Source: Schmidtea polychroa
Taxonomy: Eukaryota
Direction of reading: 5' to 3'
DNA length: 64,000 nt
NCBI GenBank assembly: GCA_044892525.1
Contig: CM097885.1
Location: forward strand, 201,934,001 to 201,998,000
In this document: in pieces, positions 40,620 through 55,700 of the stretch
Layout of the letters: the number at the start of each line of letters is the position of its first letter
How positions within the stretch are numbered: position 1 is the first letter of the stretch
Notes under the pieces: generated by a model
What the model was told of the DNA's origin: nothing
The model's database searches: none
What the model saw: only the letters and a program-made list of their open reading frames with translations
Translations under genes and position numbers: made by a program

Positions 40620-41211
40620 TGGAAATTCAATCACTCGACACTTAATCACGCTGCAAAGTTCTCTTCAATGAAGTTTTCTTTGGTAAAGCCATCAATACAC
40701 CTGACTCCAACTATGTACTTACAGACCCTATGAATCTAATTTTTGTAGTTGTTACTTCTCCCATCTTGTCTTTCATAGCAACAACAGCCTGCCGCGCTGA
40801 AACAGACTCTTGATTACTATCATGATTGTGTTCAGAATCACAATTGCTTATTATTTCATCTAACTTGGTCGTCAGAAGAGCCAGGTATTTGCATGTTTGA
40901 TACAGTATGCAACGCCATTAAATATTTCCATTAGCGTATTTCCTATGCTTTACAAATTCATACTGTTTGTGTAGCACACATTGTCTTCCTTTCGATGTTG
41001 TACCAAATTTAATTTTGCATTTTAACTTTTAAATTCTCTCAAATTAAGTAAAGAAACTTTTAATTTTACCATACCGGTGCATTATGTGTAATGGAAATCT
41101 GCTCACTTTCAATACTATTTTTATATATGAAATTGATTAAATGTCGGTGATTAACTGTCGCGTGATTAAGTGTTGCATGAATAAAATCGCGTGATTAAGT
41201 GTCACTAAACC
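40620..41211 (-). mobile_element. Mutator-like remnant with FLYWCH domain
   Basis: YEFVKHRKYANGNI*WRC..SEHNH..ARQAVVAMKDKM..LMALPKKTSLKRTLQR; terminus GGTTTAGTGACACTTAATCACGCG with repeated CACTTAATCACGC, inverted copy near 40638. Confidence 0.7.
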
Positions 41212-41262
41212 ATTTTGGTAATTATGTAACAAATTAGTAAATATATTTATATATTTAGTTTC

Positions 41263-43160
41263 TGAGCAAGATGAAAAGAAAGTTGCAGCAATAATTAACG
41301 AAAAATGGATTTTGAAATTTGGTGCTCCAAACAGTATTCATTATGATAAAGGAAAAAGCATTTGAGTCAGTTTTATTAAAAGCATTTGCAGAGAAACATG
41401 GTATTGATCTAGTATATTCAAATCCGTATCATCATTCAGAATTTCTTAAAAGAAAGAATGGGCAATGACTGGGTCAAATACTTCCTATAATTAGATTTAT
41501 GTTGAAAGCGACTATTTAGAAAACTACTCAGTTTACTCCTGTACAAATTTAAAAGATTGCCAGAAAGCGGTATGAAAATGGCGAACATTGTAAACTACAA
41601 TTATTAATGAAAAAGTGTAAATCAAAAAGATTAGAGTTGCAAAAAAACAAATACAAGGTGTGGTGGATGCATTGTTTAAAAATTAAATAACATCGCTGGA
41701 TTTTAGCTAATTTAAGTTGGTAACCTCTGACTCCTCGTGTCCTTTTAATCAAAACAATAAACTACCCAACGTATATTCGAATCACAAAAATATATTTCTA
41801 TCGACAATCAATCACCAAAGTTTTACAAGTTTTACCGATTCTCCGCTCGGTGTTGATGCCTTGTCAAAAGATAATATTCACCTTTTTATTTCTTAGCTTC
41901 TCTTGACCAACGTTTTCCTTTTTTCTATTTGGTTTGATTCCTTTTCACTTTTTAGTATCTCCTATTCTATATTTCCTTTTTTCCTAAACTCCCTAATTCG
42001 TCTTTCCCTTCTCCTAACTAATCTCATTCTCGAATCCTAGCGGAGGCAAAATGCCGATTATTTTGAATTTTGACTTTGCTTTTATACTAGAATAATCACT
42101 TTGATTAATCGGTTTTTGACCTGATTGCTCCGATCTGACAATGGTTTGACAACTGGCTCCTTGAACGTTGTTTGCACCATATCATGATTAATTGGCTCCC
42201 TTTGCTATTCCTTCGTAATAGTCCTAACTTTGTTTGTCTCCATTAATCATGCTGTCATGATAATGGTCTTCCGAGATTCTCATTTTGTTTACTTTTCATG
42301 TTAATCGATCTCGGGTTTCCTTCATCTCTCGGGTTTCCTATTAGTTCGGGTTTTCTATTAGCCAATTTATTAATTAATTAACGATTTTCTGCTTTAGCAC
42401 ATTCGAATGCTTTTCGACCATTTCTAACCATTTTCTCATAAATCCCTAATCATCATCTTGGTGACCATCAAGTGTTCTATACCTGTCCCGTTTTCCCAAT
42501 TCAATTTCTATAACTTTACAATTTATTGATTTTTCTCGGATTTATGAATTCTTGCCTCTCGCAACTGCTTTTGCCATTTCCTGATACTGATTCCATCATA
42601 CTTTCCTTTACTATCAATTCTGTGCATGATCACGCTTTTATTTGTTTTTTCCTTCACCTACTTTTTATTAAAATTTTCAACCTAAATTTATTTAAATTTA
42701 TTTTACTTTACTGACCTCAACAATATTAATTATTTTGGTGGTACACGAATATTGAATTAGAAATAAGCTTATTTAAATAATATGTATTTAAAAATATATT
42801 TTTCAAATTACGTGTTTTCCTATTTAATTCATTACTTATTTCCCATTTTTATATCATGGCTTCGAATCAATAACATGCGCGTATTCTGAGTGGCAGAGAT
42901 CGGGAACACAAGATTGAGACAACAACACAAGAAAATAATGAAGATGAATTATTTTCAATAAAATTAAACCAAATAGAATTTTCAATGTTGGGGTTGCTGT
43001 TGAGGTAAAAAAATACGTGGCAAATAAAAATGAAGATATATTTGAAGGTCCAGGTAAAATAATAAAGAAGTTGCATAACAAAAGTTTCATAATTGATTTT
43101 AAAAATGGAAAATTAGAAATTTTGAATGGATCAAGTATTTTCAAGCAAGGGGTAGTAGTA
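41263..43160 (+). mobile_element. Gypsy integrase fragments (41263-41520 core; 42870-43160 tail) separated by other LTR-element DNA
   Basis: KWILKFGAPNSIHYDKGKAFES..YSNPYHH; EDIFEGPGKIIKKLHNKSFII followed by purine tract AAGCAAGGGG. Confidence 0.6.
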
Positions 43161-43706
43161 TGACCGTAAATAATACTGATTCGAAATTATATTTATGCAT
43201 GTTGAATTTTTATAACTGAATATTATATATACCTGAATTTCAGAGGTGCGATATTGTATCTTGCATTGTAAGATGCTTACAATATAATGACTTCCACCGG
43301 AGGGTAATCAGTTTTTAGGAATAATCAATTTTAGGTCTCCAAACTCTTCTTACAACCTCAAAATTGTTCAGTACAACGTTTATTTCGTAATGTGCAACTT
43401 AAAGATTTTTTTGATATGTTAATTTTGGACGGATGAATAGATTTTCGTCAATTAATTATTAAATTTGTTTATGATAACAAAGATATTCATTTTAAATTAA
43501 ATAATATTGAAATTAAACTTTAAAAACTCTATTGTAGTTTTGTTTAATTGAATCATTTTTGAATAAATTATGACATGAATATTTATAGATGTTTATTAAT
43601 CAAATTTTTTTAAGCAGGTTTTAATAATAATTTGATTAAAATTATTTTTCTCATCGAGAAATGGTTTCATTATTAATTTAGATAGAGATAAATAAAATTG
43701 ATTTCC

Positions 43707-46700
43707 ATGAACTCTATGTTTCGTGGGATAAATATTCCAAAAAATAACACTAACAATGAAGTTATCAGTAGACAAGAAGTTATTAATTGGATTAATTCCA
43801 CTTTAAATTTCCAATATCGTAGAATTGAAGATTTGGCATCAGGTAGATATTTTAATATTTTGTTAAACAGAATTATCTGTTTTTTAACTCTGTCTTTCAG
43901 GGGCAGCTTACTGCTTGCTAATGGATATTTTATTTCCTGGTGAGTGTTTCATGGAAGCTTTTTTAATGAATTAATTTGAAAATAATTTTATATATTAAAC
44001 AATCTTAGTAATTTAATTCTTAATAATAGTGGCTTACTACAGTATATTTGAATACAAATGTTGAAAGTAATAAATAATCGTTTTAATTTTATTAGTAATC
44101 GATCACATCTTTTTCTCAAACAACTCTATCTAAAAATTAAAAGGTTGAATCAATGTTGCCCGACCATTTGTTTTAACATTGGTGAAGTTAATAATTCCTT
44201 ATAAAGCATAAATTATGTTTTTATATCTTATATTATATTATCATTGAATTTTGTTTAGCATGTAGCGGCATTAACCGAAAATATTTCAATAAGGAGGGGG
44301 GTGGACAAGCTTTGATACAAATATTAGTCTTTGGGGTTTATTCTAGAATGTTCACATTTATATTTTACATGGAACATCACCTAGGTCTTCTTTTTTTTCA
44401 AATGTTAAAGTTGGTGTTATATTAGAACCTCCTAAATAAGACCCAATTGTATATTATAATAAACTATTTGCGGAAATAGACTCAGTAATATCATTTTGAA
44501 TCGATGTTTAACATGTATCTCAGCATAACTGTTTCCTGATTCATAATTCATAAAATATTCATTATTCAACATTATTATTTTACATTCTCAATCAGCGGCG
44601 TCCAGCAGAAATTCGATTGAAGCCACAATTGTCATTTTAAATATTTTCATTCGCCATGTTAAATAATTCAAAGTCTGGTATATTCTAAAATCTATTTTGA
44701 CATAATAATTTTTCAATTATTTCTCTCTTTAGAATCGAAGACTATTATGTAATGATGAACATGAAATATGAGGCATATTTAAGGACATACAATAACATAA
44801 ACACACCCATCAAACCATTCACGATAATTATTAATTAGGTAATTTAACTGTTAGACTACTTATATCCTCCGCTTTAAAAGGCTTTAACCATACAATGTTC
44901 CGAATGATCGTAGTTTGTGATCAGTGTGTAATGTGAATTTTCTTACATAAAGGTAGTGTTTAAAATGCAGATAACAATTGATGATACGGCACTTGTGGTG
45001 TCGAAACTAGCATCTTTATCAAGGATGAATTCTTTTCCAAAATCCGGATGTGCTAGTATTAGTGCGTTGATAATCTGATATTTAAGTTTGTCAAAAACGT
45101 TTTCACACTCATCAGACCATTGAATCTTATCTTTAGTACATGTAATTAATTTTTTAAAGGTCGGGATATACTTGAGTAGTTTATAATAAATTTCCGGGTA
45201 ATATTTCATTAATCCTAAAAACCCACGGAGGTGTTTTACACAATGAGGTTTTCTAAAAATTAATCATAGTATTCATTTTCTCAGGGTTTGTTTAATACCT
45301 ATTTATCACGTGTCCCAGAAATTTTAATTCTGTTATTAAAAATTGACATTTATAGAAATTGATTTTCAATCTTAATCGCTAGTTCTTCTAAATAAGTTTT
45401 CAATATATTTCTTATATTCAGCAATCGTCTTGGAAAAAATTAGAATATCATCTAAATATACCTTCCACGTTGTATCTCTAACTATGATAGACATTAGTTT
45501 TTGGAGTGTTGATGAAGCTGCTGCTATGCCAAACGCCATTATATTAAAACAATACTGTCCATATTTTGTTGAAAAATCTGTTCTCTTTTGATTCTTTTTC
45601 AGGTTCAACTTAATAGTACGCGTTTCCTATATTGATTGAACTAAAATACATAGACCCATATAATGAGTTCAACATTTCGTCAACTTTAGGAATTGGAAAT
45701 ACCGACCTAATAGTGTTTTCATTTAATAATTCAAAGTTTAAACACGTGAATATCATTTGTATTTTTCTTCGCAACACAGGCTATCGGTGAATTCCAAGGG
45801 TATTCGGATTTCCTTATAATTACATTAATTCTATTATTTCTTTAAGTTTATTATCGTAAAGTATGGGTTGTCTTCTTGGTTTAATCATTACTGGATTTCA
45901 ATTGGTTTTATTTTATGTTTCATATATATGTTAGGTTTATGTCCCATTTATTCAACATAGATATATTTGGAAAGCTCTTTATTATCTCTAATAACTTATG
46001 TGACAGTGAAATACCTTTCATTTTAATCAATTTTCCAAATTCATTTTTATTAATTCTTTTATTTCCAAAATTCCCTTCTAATCTTAGTATACATTTATTA
46101 TTTCTAATGTTAGCAACATTATTATATTTATGCAATTTCATTAATCTGATATTCATTTCGTTTAATATATCAATGCCCAAAATAATTTCTTGGTAAATTT
46201 CAATTGCAATGTAAATATTTGCAATTATAATCAATCTTTCGTATTTAAATTCAATATTTCCAAGACCACTTATGTTTAATTCGACCCATTACCAAAATTA
46301 ATTTTTTTATAATTTCTACTCTCGATATTAATTTTATTAATTCAGCTACTTTTTTACTTAACACACTAATTTTAGCCCCTGTATCTAATATTATTCGTTT
46401 TAATCTTAATAAATGGCCTACCATAATCATTATTATAGTTAATTAAATTTAAACAATTACCATTAAATTATCGTAACCTTTACCCTTCTTTTCCTGCCAT
46501 TTATTTCTATTTCTAATATTGCTTTACCTTTCATTTCTAAAACACTATTATTTGCACATCTCAATGTATCAGTCGTTGTTGTTAGTTCTACATCTTTAAG
46601 TTTCTCAAATTTGCTCCAACTCATGACATTTACTGTAACTCATGTATCGAGCAAGCATTCCACATTCTTAATAGTTACACTTGGTCGGCCTTGCATTTAA

Positions 46701-49700
46701 TAATAACTAATTTATAATAACTACACAGACAATTCGTATAAAGTAAATTTTGTAAATAGCATTTTTGTATAAAATAAAATTCGTATAAAATTAAGTTTTT
46801 ATAAAGTAAATTTGTAAAAGATTCTTTTTGAATTATATGAAATTGCAAAATGACAAGTACAAATACTTTATAATAAATATAAAATAAATCATATAAAATG
46901 TAAAACGAAAGGATCTTCAATCATCGATGGCTTGTTGATTATTGGTAGGTGTTTCAGAAATGTAAGTGAAGCGTTTTATGGCAGCATTCCTATATTTATT
47001 AAATACTGGTTGATTTCATTTATCTCTTTGAATTCGTTATACTTGCTGACAATTTCGTTGACTCTCATTGTTAACAATATATCGTTTTTTAATTGGATGT
47101 CTTATTCTTTTATAACCACCCATCAGCCAAGTAATTAATATACTATTATATCTTTAGTTTTTTCTAATAAACTCAAGGGATTTCCATATTGTTCCATGTC
47201 TTGTAATGATTGATGCCTTCAGGATTTCTATACTAAAATAACATACACACATCAAGCCATTCACGATAATTATTAATTAGGTAATTTAATTATTAGATTA
47301 TTTATATCCCCCACTTTAAAAGGCTAACTTTTAAATTGAATTTTAACTTTAAATCGAAAGTTAAATTGGAAGTTACAAATAATTACCGAATAATTCATAT
47401 GTAAAGGCTAACAACTGTTGGTTTCATACACTTTTTGTTGTTGTATGACTCAAAAATCGAAAGAATGAAGGTAGAAACGATAAATGTATACAAAAGTCAT
47501 TAATTAAAACTATTTTAAATTATAATGAAGATAGTACAAACATTTGTCTGACTCCTTTGGGTTATATCCAATCTGATAAGGAAAGGACAGCATTAATTGC
47601 TGGATCTAAATAAAGTTTCTTTGTATTTTCATAGCAAATAGATTTTATGGATCACCCAAAATATTTCTAGGAGTTAATACTAATGTAACATTGAAAAGAA
47701 ACCCATCATCATTCAGTATGAAATTTCTAACAGACGAATCAAAATTTAAGGTATTGGAAGCGAAATTAATGATTCGCATATTTCCAGTTGAACCATTGGT
47801 TTTAGCTGGCAGTCAAATATGTTTAAATTTGAAAAATGCTATATATTATATTATAAATAATGAAACGGTTGACTTTAAAATCAATAGATTCATCGTCATT
47901 TTATAAAAAAACAACTCTTAGAAGGAAGCATTGAATTGAAATATATGTAAAGCCAGATAAAATGCATGTTTTTGATCCGATGATATTATCCAGATAGAAT
48001 GATATCAAAACTAGGAAGAAAAATTCATATTGTATAAAAAATCCGGTACCAAAATCAAATGACTTAATCATGTGGTGAACATTGTATAAAAATGTTGTTC
48101 AATAAATGTTTTTAGTAAAGATGTATTGTTATTTCATTGATTTTATTAGTTATAATAATGCTGGTTGAATAATTATTAAAAAATTATGTATTATGAATGT
48201 AAATAGTATTTACGCGCAAAGTATTGTTTATTTAATGACTTACAATTTTGGGCTGGTAAAGTAGAATGGTACTAAAGTGAAGATTCTATTTGTTCAACAT
48301 GTATATTGAAAGATTTAGAAGATACTAACGCAATTTTCTATGTTACTGATCAAGATAAATTACTATTTTGAAAAAAAAATATTTTCAAAATTTAAGATAA
48401 ATAAAATATTTAATTCAATTCTCGGATTATTTTCCTGACGATATTTTATGTCATCAATTTTAACTGAAAATCAACACGAAACATTTGCAATAGTAAGCTT
48501 TTTATTTTTATTTATTATTAATATTACTTAATACCTACGATTTTTGAATTTTTCAAAATTTTAAAGGAATGACTAAACAATTGACTTTGAGGGGATCACT
48601 TACTGATCATGATGCACTTATTACACATATTGCAACTAACCCAATTTATCCAAACACTTCTTTCTGCATGAAGCGATAAATCTTTGCTTATTTGGGAGCT
48701 TAACCGTGATGAAAACAGCTTCGGTTACGCTAAAAGAGCATTGTAAGGACACAATGGATCTGTAAGTGATGTTGTTATGTCAAGTTTTGGTCGATTTGCA
48801 TTTTCTGGAACAAGGAACGGATCTTTAAGATTATGGGACTTAACTTCTGGTCAAACCACAAGAAGATTTGTTGGCCACACTAAAGATGTTCTCAGTGTTG
48901 CTTTTAGCGCTGATAATCACCAAATTGTTTCCGGATCAAAAAATGGTACCATCAAATTGTGGAACACTTTGAGTGTCTGTAAATATACCATCCAAGAAGA
49001 TGGACATACTGATTGGGTTAGCTTCGTTCGATTTTCTCCAACTTCCGAAAACCCAAGCATTGTAAGCTGTAGTTTGGTATAAAGTTGTTAAAGTTTGGAA
49101 TTTATCAAACTGCAAGTTAAGAACTAACCATTTGGGACATAATGGATATTTAAACACTGTTGCTGTTTCACCAGATGGTTCATTGTGCGATAGTGGTGGA
49201 AAAGACGGACTGATAATCACCAAATTGTTTCCGGATCAAAAAATGGTACCATCAAATTGTGGAACACTTTGAGTGTCTGTAAATATACCATCCAAGAAGA
49301 TGGACATACTGATTGGGTTAGCTTCGTTCGATTTTCTCCAACTTCCGAAAACCCAAGCATTGTAAGCTGTAGTTTGGTATAAAGTTGTTAAAGTTTGGAA
49401 TTTATCAAACTGCAAGTTAAGAACTAACCATTTGGGACATAATGGATATTTAAACACTGTTGCTGTTTCACCAGATGGTTCATTGTGCGATAGTGGTGGA
49501 AAAGACGGACAAGCAATGTTATGGGATTTATCTGAAGGAAGACATTTATACACTTAAGAAGGAGGTGATATTATCAATGCACTTATCTTCTCACCAAACA
49601 GATATTGGCTATGTGCTTCAACTGGATCGTCTATCAAGATTTGGGATTTGGAAAATAAAGTTTTGGTTCGAGATTTGAAAGCTGAAGTTATTGATAATAA

Positions 49701-52700
49701 ATGAAAAGCAACTGCGGAAGTCACTTGCTTATCATGGTCAAAAGATGGTAAAACTCGAGCTCATGTTGACTTATGAACAAATGATTATTGATCAAAATAA
49801 AAACTGGCTTGTTATGATTCCTTTTGACTTGATACAGAAGATGTATTTTCTAAAAGAAACAATTCTTTTAAAGTAAAATTAATTATCAAGTAAAACTTTT
49901 AATTATTAGTGTTGAAAGTTTCCTGGAATTTTGTGTGTTGATTTTTATTTTTTTGTTATTACTTAATTTTAAGAAAGTTTGTAGAGCCCAACCGAGTCTC
50001 TTTTAAAAATACTGTATCGGGACAGCTGGGGTGAATGTATGTTATTTAAGTTAGTGTGATTACATATAAGTATAAAATATAACGAATAAAATATAACCAA
50101 CAAATTCCACTTTTATAACATTTATTAACACTAAAAATTATAAACCTTATTTGTTTAGGAGATCGAGAATCACAATTTTAGTTAGGATAATTTTGAGTTT
50201 TCTTTAGAACTAGAATGAATACAAATTTCTTTAACTCTCGTAACGTTTATTATGTTTCAAAATTTATTTATTTTTCAAATTTAAGAGAATTGGATTTCTA
50301 TCTCTTTGTTTTCTAGGACGCTTATTTGCGTTTGTTATCTGAGATATTGAATTTTCAGTTCTGTTCTGGATTGGTTTTAGAAATTGCTTTTTAAAGAAAT
50401 TGAACTAAAATCTTTTCTTTATATCCGGTTATAGTTAGATAGTCTAACGTAAGGAATAAATCTTTATCCTGTATTTTAGAATTCTAGCTAGGATTTGTCT
50501 GTTGTTAATTCTTATTTTCTTTTCGAAATTTCGTTTTCTTTTTGCTTCTGGAAATTTTGAATTTTGAATTTTAATTTTGTAATTCTCTATAGTAAATTAT
50601 TACTATAGAGAATTGCTATAGTTTTATTATTTTTTATGGTACGCGTTACAAGAAAATATTAACGATTGCGAAAAACAAACTTGATAACTGGCACGAGAAA
50701 AGAGAACAAAGAAAATGAAACGAAAAAGTGTAAACAAAATAAAACACTAAATTATTGGTGAAAAGTGTTGACCGCTCGGAGAAATAATTTCAAGTCAAAT
50801 TATAAATCAAAGCTATTTGTCGTGAATATCTAGTTTATCAGGTTAAAGCAAGAATATAAAGCAAGTGGTATTCCTCACGAAGTATTGTAATGAGTACTCA
50901 ATAACAACTGTTACAGTATTGAATCATTTTGTGTAGTAAATATTTAAACCATTGTGCTGATCAATAAAGATTTATATTGTCAGGAATTCTTTTTTTATTT
51001 TTAACTAATACACGCTTTGGAATGAGATCAATTTTAACTTTCACTGACAAACCCAGCAATAGTATTCGACACTTGTAGTGTAATATATTTTTACCATCAA
51101 AATTTTCTAATATACTGCATTAGAGCTATGTTGGAACTTCAGAAGGAAATTAACAGTGAGGTATAACAAAAATTCCGGGGAATTGTATTTTGAATTCCAC
51201 AATTTTTCAGCCATTTTCCTGAAGTATAGCCTCCATCATGGAACGTTCTGGAAACGCCCATATCCATCATAAAGCCAAATCTAATAATAATAAATTAAAA
51301 ATAAAATTAATAATAATTTACAAAAAATCACCATTAAAATCAATAAAAATTAAAATTCAAAATTAACTAGAATTAAAATAATTCAAATGTGTTTTACTGA
51401 ATCAGAGCACGCACACATATTCGTACACCAAATTAGGATATATATACCGATGCATTTCGGTCTCAAACCACTCTTTTTTCACGAGTACTTTTTTGTAATA
51501 AATCAATATTAAAAGTAAATCAATGCAACAAGTTCGGAACTTGAAAAATAATTAAAATTTACTGATAAGGGAAGCTAAAAATCTAAATAGACGATTAGAA
51601 CAAATTACTTTCCTACATAGCCTTAATTTGAATCAAAAGAGCCAAGGATTTTATGAGTAACAGGAATTTTCTAAAAAAGAGAAAACAGTAATTATAGATA
51701 ACTTTTGTTCCACAGTTATCTTCAATTTGGTATCAACCCATTATTAACAAACACAAAATCACTCGAAATACTGATAATATTCATACTTAATCTACAGTCA
51801 ATATAATTCCCACTAATAGAGTCTAGCACAAACAATGATGATAAAACATTGATCATGAAAATTTATCATAAAAATTGTACCAATCCGTTTTACAACTAAT
51901 GCCGGATTATAATAGTTTCAGTTCGTATCAACACATTATTAAATAGCGCAAAATCACTCGAAATACGCATAATATTTATACCTAATTCATAGTCAAAATA
52001 ATTCCCTTAATAGAAACTATCACTGACGATAATAATAAAACCCCGATCATGAAAATTTATTATAAAGAATGTGGAAATCGGTTTCACACCTGATTCTAAA
52101 GTATAATAGTTTCGATAGTGCGCACTTTATGATAAAGTTTCCTATTAATTTAACAGGAGCCTAGTACTTAACGTTGCATTCGGAATTTTTGCCGATTATA
52201 GTGTACAAATGTACGCTCACTTTTTGATGGTACTCAGCCACTCGATACAGTTCCAACGTTGATCACTCAACGGATATCGAGCGGTACTATATCATTGTAT
52301 TCTGGGTTACGCTGGAAACAACAGGAAAGGGTAAAATGTGGATTACCTGTAACCCACCAGAAGTGACAAATTAATTTTAGTTTTAATTCATTTCATTATA
52401 TAACATAATCAAAGCCATGATGTCCCAACACTAGTTATTGAAATTACTGTCACTGAATTCCCGTTGCCGCTCTGATACCAAAACCGACCAAGATCCAATG
52501 TAACTGATAAAAAATTGTATTGTTATATACATTTTGTCATTGTTTCTTGCTTTTGAATTGTGATGATACTATTCATGGTAATTGATGGTAATTTATTTTT
52601 TGGCAATGGCTTTTTCTTAATTTTCTATTTCATTAATCTTTATTACTTTTGAGATTATAACTTTATTTTTATTATTTTGACACAAATTCCCGACAAATAT

Positions 52701-55700
52701 TCAAAAACGGATGTGTTGAAAATTAACGTTTAATAATTGGTTTTTAGTCTGTATAGAAATTAAAATTAAGGAAATTGATAGTATAAATAGATCAATGTTG
52801 AAAAGATTGCTATCATTGCTATCAAGACCCCGTAGAAAATCCATTCAAATGAGTCAAATTAACGTAAACAATTTCAAAATTTTAATTTATAAAAATTATC
52901 ATTTCCTAATATTTAAATAAGTGTTATGATTTAGGATGTTTAATGGTTCGAAAAGTAAAGCAAGAAGCGAAATTAGAGCATGAAATGCTCAATAATTACA
53001 AAATGTTGCAAAATGCATTTAGAAAGTGTGGAATAGAAAAAGTAAATATCCTTGAAATGAAATGATCAAAAACAACATTTTAATAAATTAAGGACATTCC
53101 AATAATGAATTTATTACGAGGCCGATTTCAGGATCATTTACTGTTTTCACAGTGGTTTAAACGATTTTATGATGCCAATGTTGTAAAGAAATATAATGGT
53201 AAATCTGTATCAGGGGATATTATCTCTGCAAACAGAAATTCATGCATTTTTAATCCTGTTAATCAAAAAGGTGTTTTGAATTTCTTATTTATATTTAGAT
53301 TTTTTATTTGTTTCTAATTAATTTATTAATTTAAAATGAATATTGAAGCTTGAAATATATATATATATATATAACTCATTGGCATTATAAATAGTGGGGG
53401 GAATTCCAGAGAATCACCAATCTGGGTGAAAAGAACACCCTAAAAATTTGTTTAGAGGAAGGTGTGATTTTTTAAACATTTTGATATAATGAAGTAATTA
53501 ATATTTTTATTTATTTGTTTAAATGAAGTATTTTATTTAATAATATTAATATTTTGCTTTAATAATGTTGTTTTATTTTTATTATTTGTTATAATGAAAA
53601 GTTCTTATAAAATTTTATTTTTTAAATAAATTTTAAAATTAAAATTTTTAATTATTTATCTTTTGTCAATGAAAAAACTATTATCCTTAACTTTTACTAA
53701 AAATAAATTCTTGCTAAAAAGGCATAAAACACATGCGCCGGATTTCTTTGTACATGATTTTTAGGGTCTCAGAATTTTTGTATATCATTTTTGTAGAATT
53801 CTATTGCTTTTTCACTGGTCTAAGTGAACTGGTTTTAGTCTCAAGTATTTCTGTACAAGATTTTGTGGATGAATGAAATTTAACGATTTCTACATGCAAA
53901 AATGGTTTCAGTTAAATTTTATTAATTTTTATTTAAAATATATATTTTTAAAAGTTCAATTTAAATAACCAATTATATTTAATATAATTTTGAATATTAT
54001 TGATTAATTAAATAAAATTTTTACTACTGGATTCTATAATACTAATCTTCTGTTTCAGTATAACAAGAAATCAAAAAACTTTCTTTACTTCATAAATATT
54101 TTCTGGTTTAATTTTCGTGTTTTCATAATTTATTCATCCTGTTCCATGCAAGTTTGAGTGTATTCTGTTAAAATTAATAATTTTTTCTAAGAGAAATTTT
54201 CAAATTTTTACGATATTTTATGAATAAATACATAATTTTCTCAAAATATAGAGCCGAACCAAGCAAAACGACTTTTAGATTCTGATTCAGCATATTGAAC
54301 AAACTTTAAATTTACCTTAATATCAGTGGCAATAAAAAACTGTGATGCCCAGTATAATTACCGTCTATACTCGCGTATAAGTCGAACTGACAGTTTTGAG
54401 TCATTTTTTTCGAAGTCGAAGTAAGAAAAATAAAAAAAATTAAGATATTTATTCCAAAAAATATTGACATCTTCGAAAAGTTCATTGTAGAACTCATTTG
54501 AAACATCTCCAACATGGTAAATTGGGTAATCATTATCCTCAGATTAAGTCTCGTTATCTTTCAGATAACCTCGTTCATCTTCCAGATATACACAATCTGA
54601 TTGGAAATAACAGGTTGTCAAGTTTATTTATTGTTCGTTAATGATACTTAAAAATATTTTTTGATAAATTACAATTTTATTAAGAATTTGAATTTAATTG
54701 ATTATTTAATAAAAGAAGTTACTGTATAATTAAAAAATTAACACTACAAATAATAACCAATTTAATAATTTCGCTAAAAATAAATTTGTACATTTTTTTA
54801 ACCTCGTATAAGTTAAAATTTCTCAACTTATACGCGAGTATATACGGTAGATTTTAAAAACTAAATAGTACTTTTAAGTGTGCCGCGAAAAAGTCTTCAT
54901 ATTTCCTTAGTGTCGCGAGATTGAAAAGGTTGAAAATCACTGCTTTAATTAATCAATAATTTTAATTTGACCATTTTGATGATTATACTCTATAATAGAT
55001 TAGCTAGTAAAAGATCCTAACTGATAATAATCATTTCAGCGTTCTTCTAAATTATAATATTATATATTTAGATATGGTTGAGGTTAACTGTGTATCTAAA
55101 GAGGTTAGTCCTTCGTTTAAGTTATCATCGAATGCTGACAATATTTCCAATCAAATCTGTCAAATTAAAAAAGGTCATATTACTCCAGAATTAATCGGTT
55201 TACGATCAGAATTGAATAAATACAAAGAAGAGGTAAACAAAATATTGAACAAAAATTATTTTTAAATATTAATTTAAGTACGAAGAGGATCAACAGACAA
55301 TTATTGACCTCACAAGGGAACGACAGTTTTATTATGATAAATTATGCAATATAGAAGTGTTATGTCACGAATATCAAGATAGTGAATATTCGAATTTAGT
55401 CTCTAAAGTTCAAGAAATTCTTTTCAAAGAAGAGGTCGTTAGAGTATTACTTGATTTTTTATATTTAATCAATAAGTTGAATGGAATTATTTTTTGGCCA
55501 TTGAGAACCGAAACAAACACTGCACAATAGCATTTTCGGGTATCGTTAAAAATTAAAAAAATATTCTAAATAATATAATAATAATATTTGATATTATCAT
55601 TTAAATATTTTCTTTATATCTTTGATTTGTTATTTACGTTTTCATTTATCTTTGTTCTTTCAGTCTATGGATCCAGGCCCGGCGTGAGGCGGGTACGATG

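Noticed and set aside
48777-49082. RACK1 ORF as a functional WD40 gene
   Set aside because: Stops and frameshifts on both sides, and no introns: processed pseudogene.
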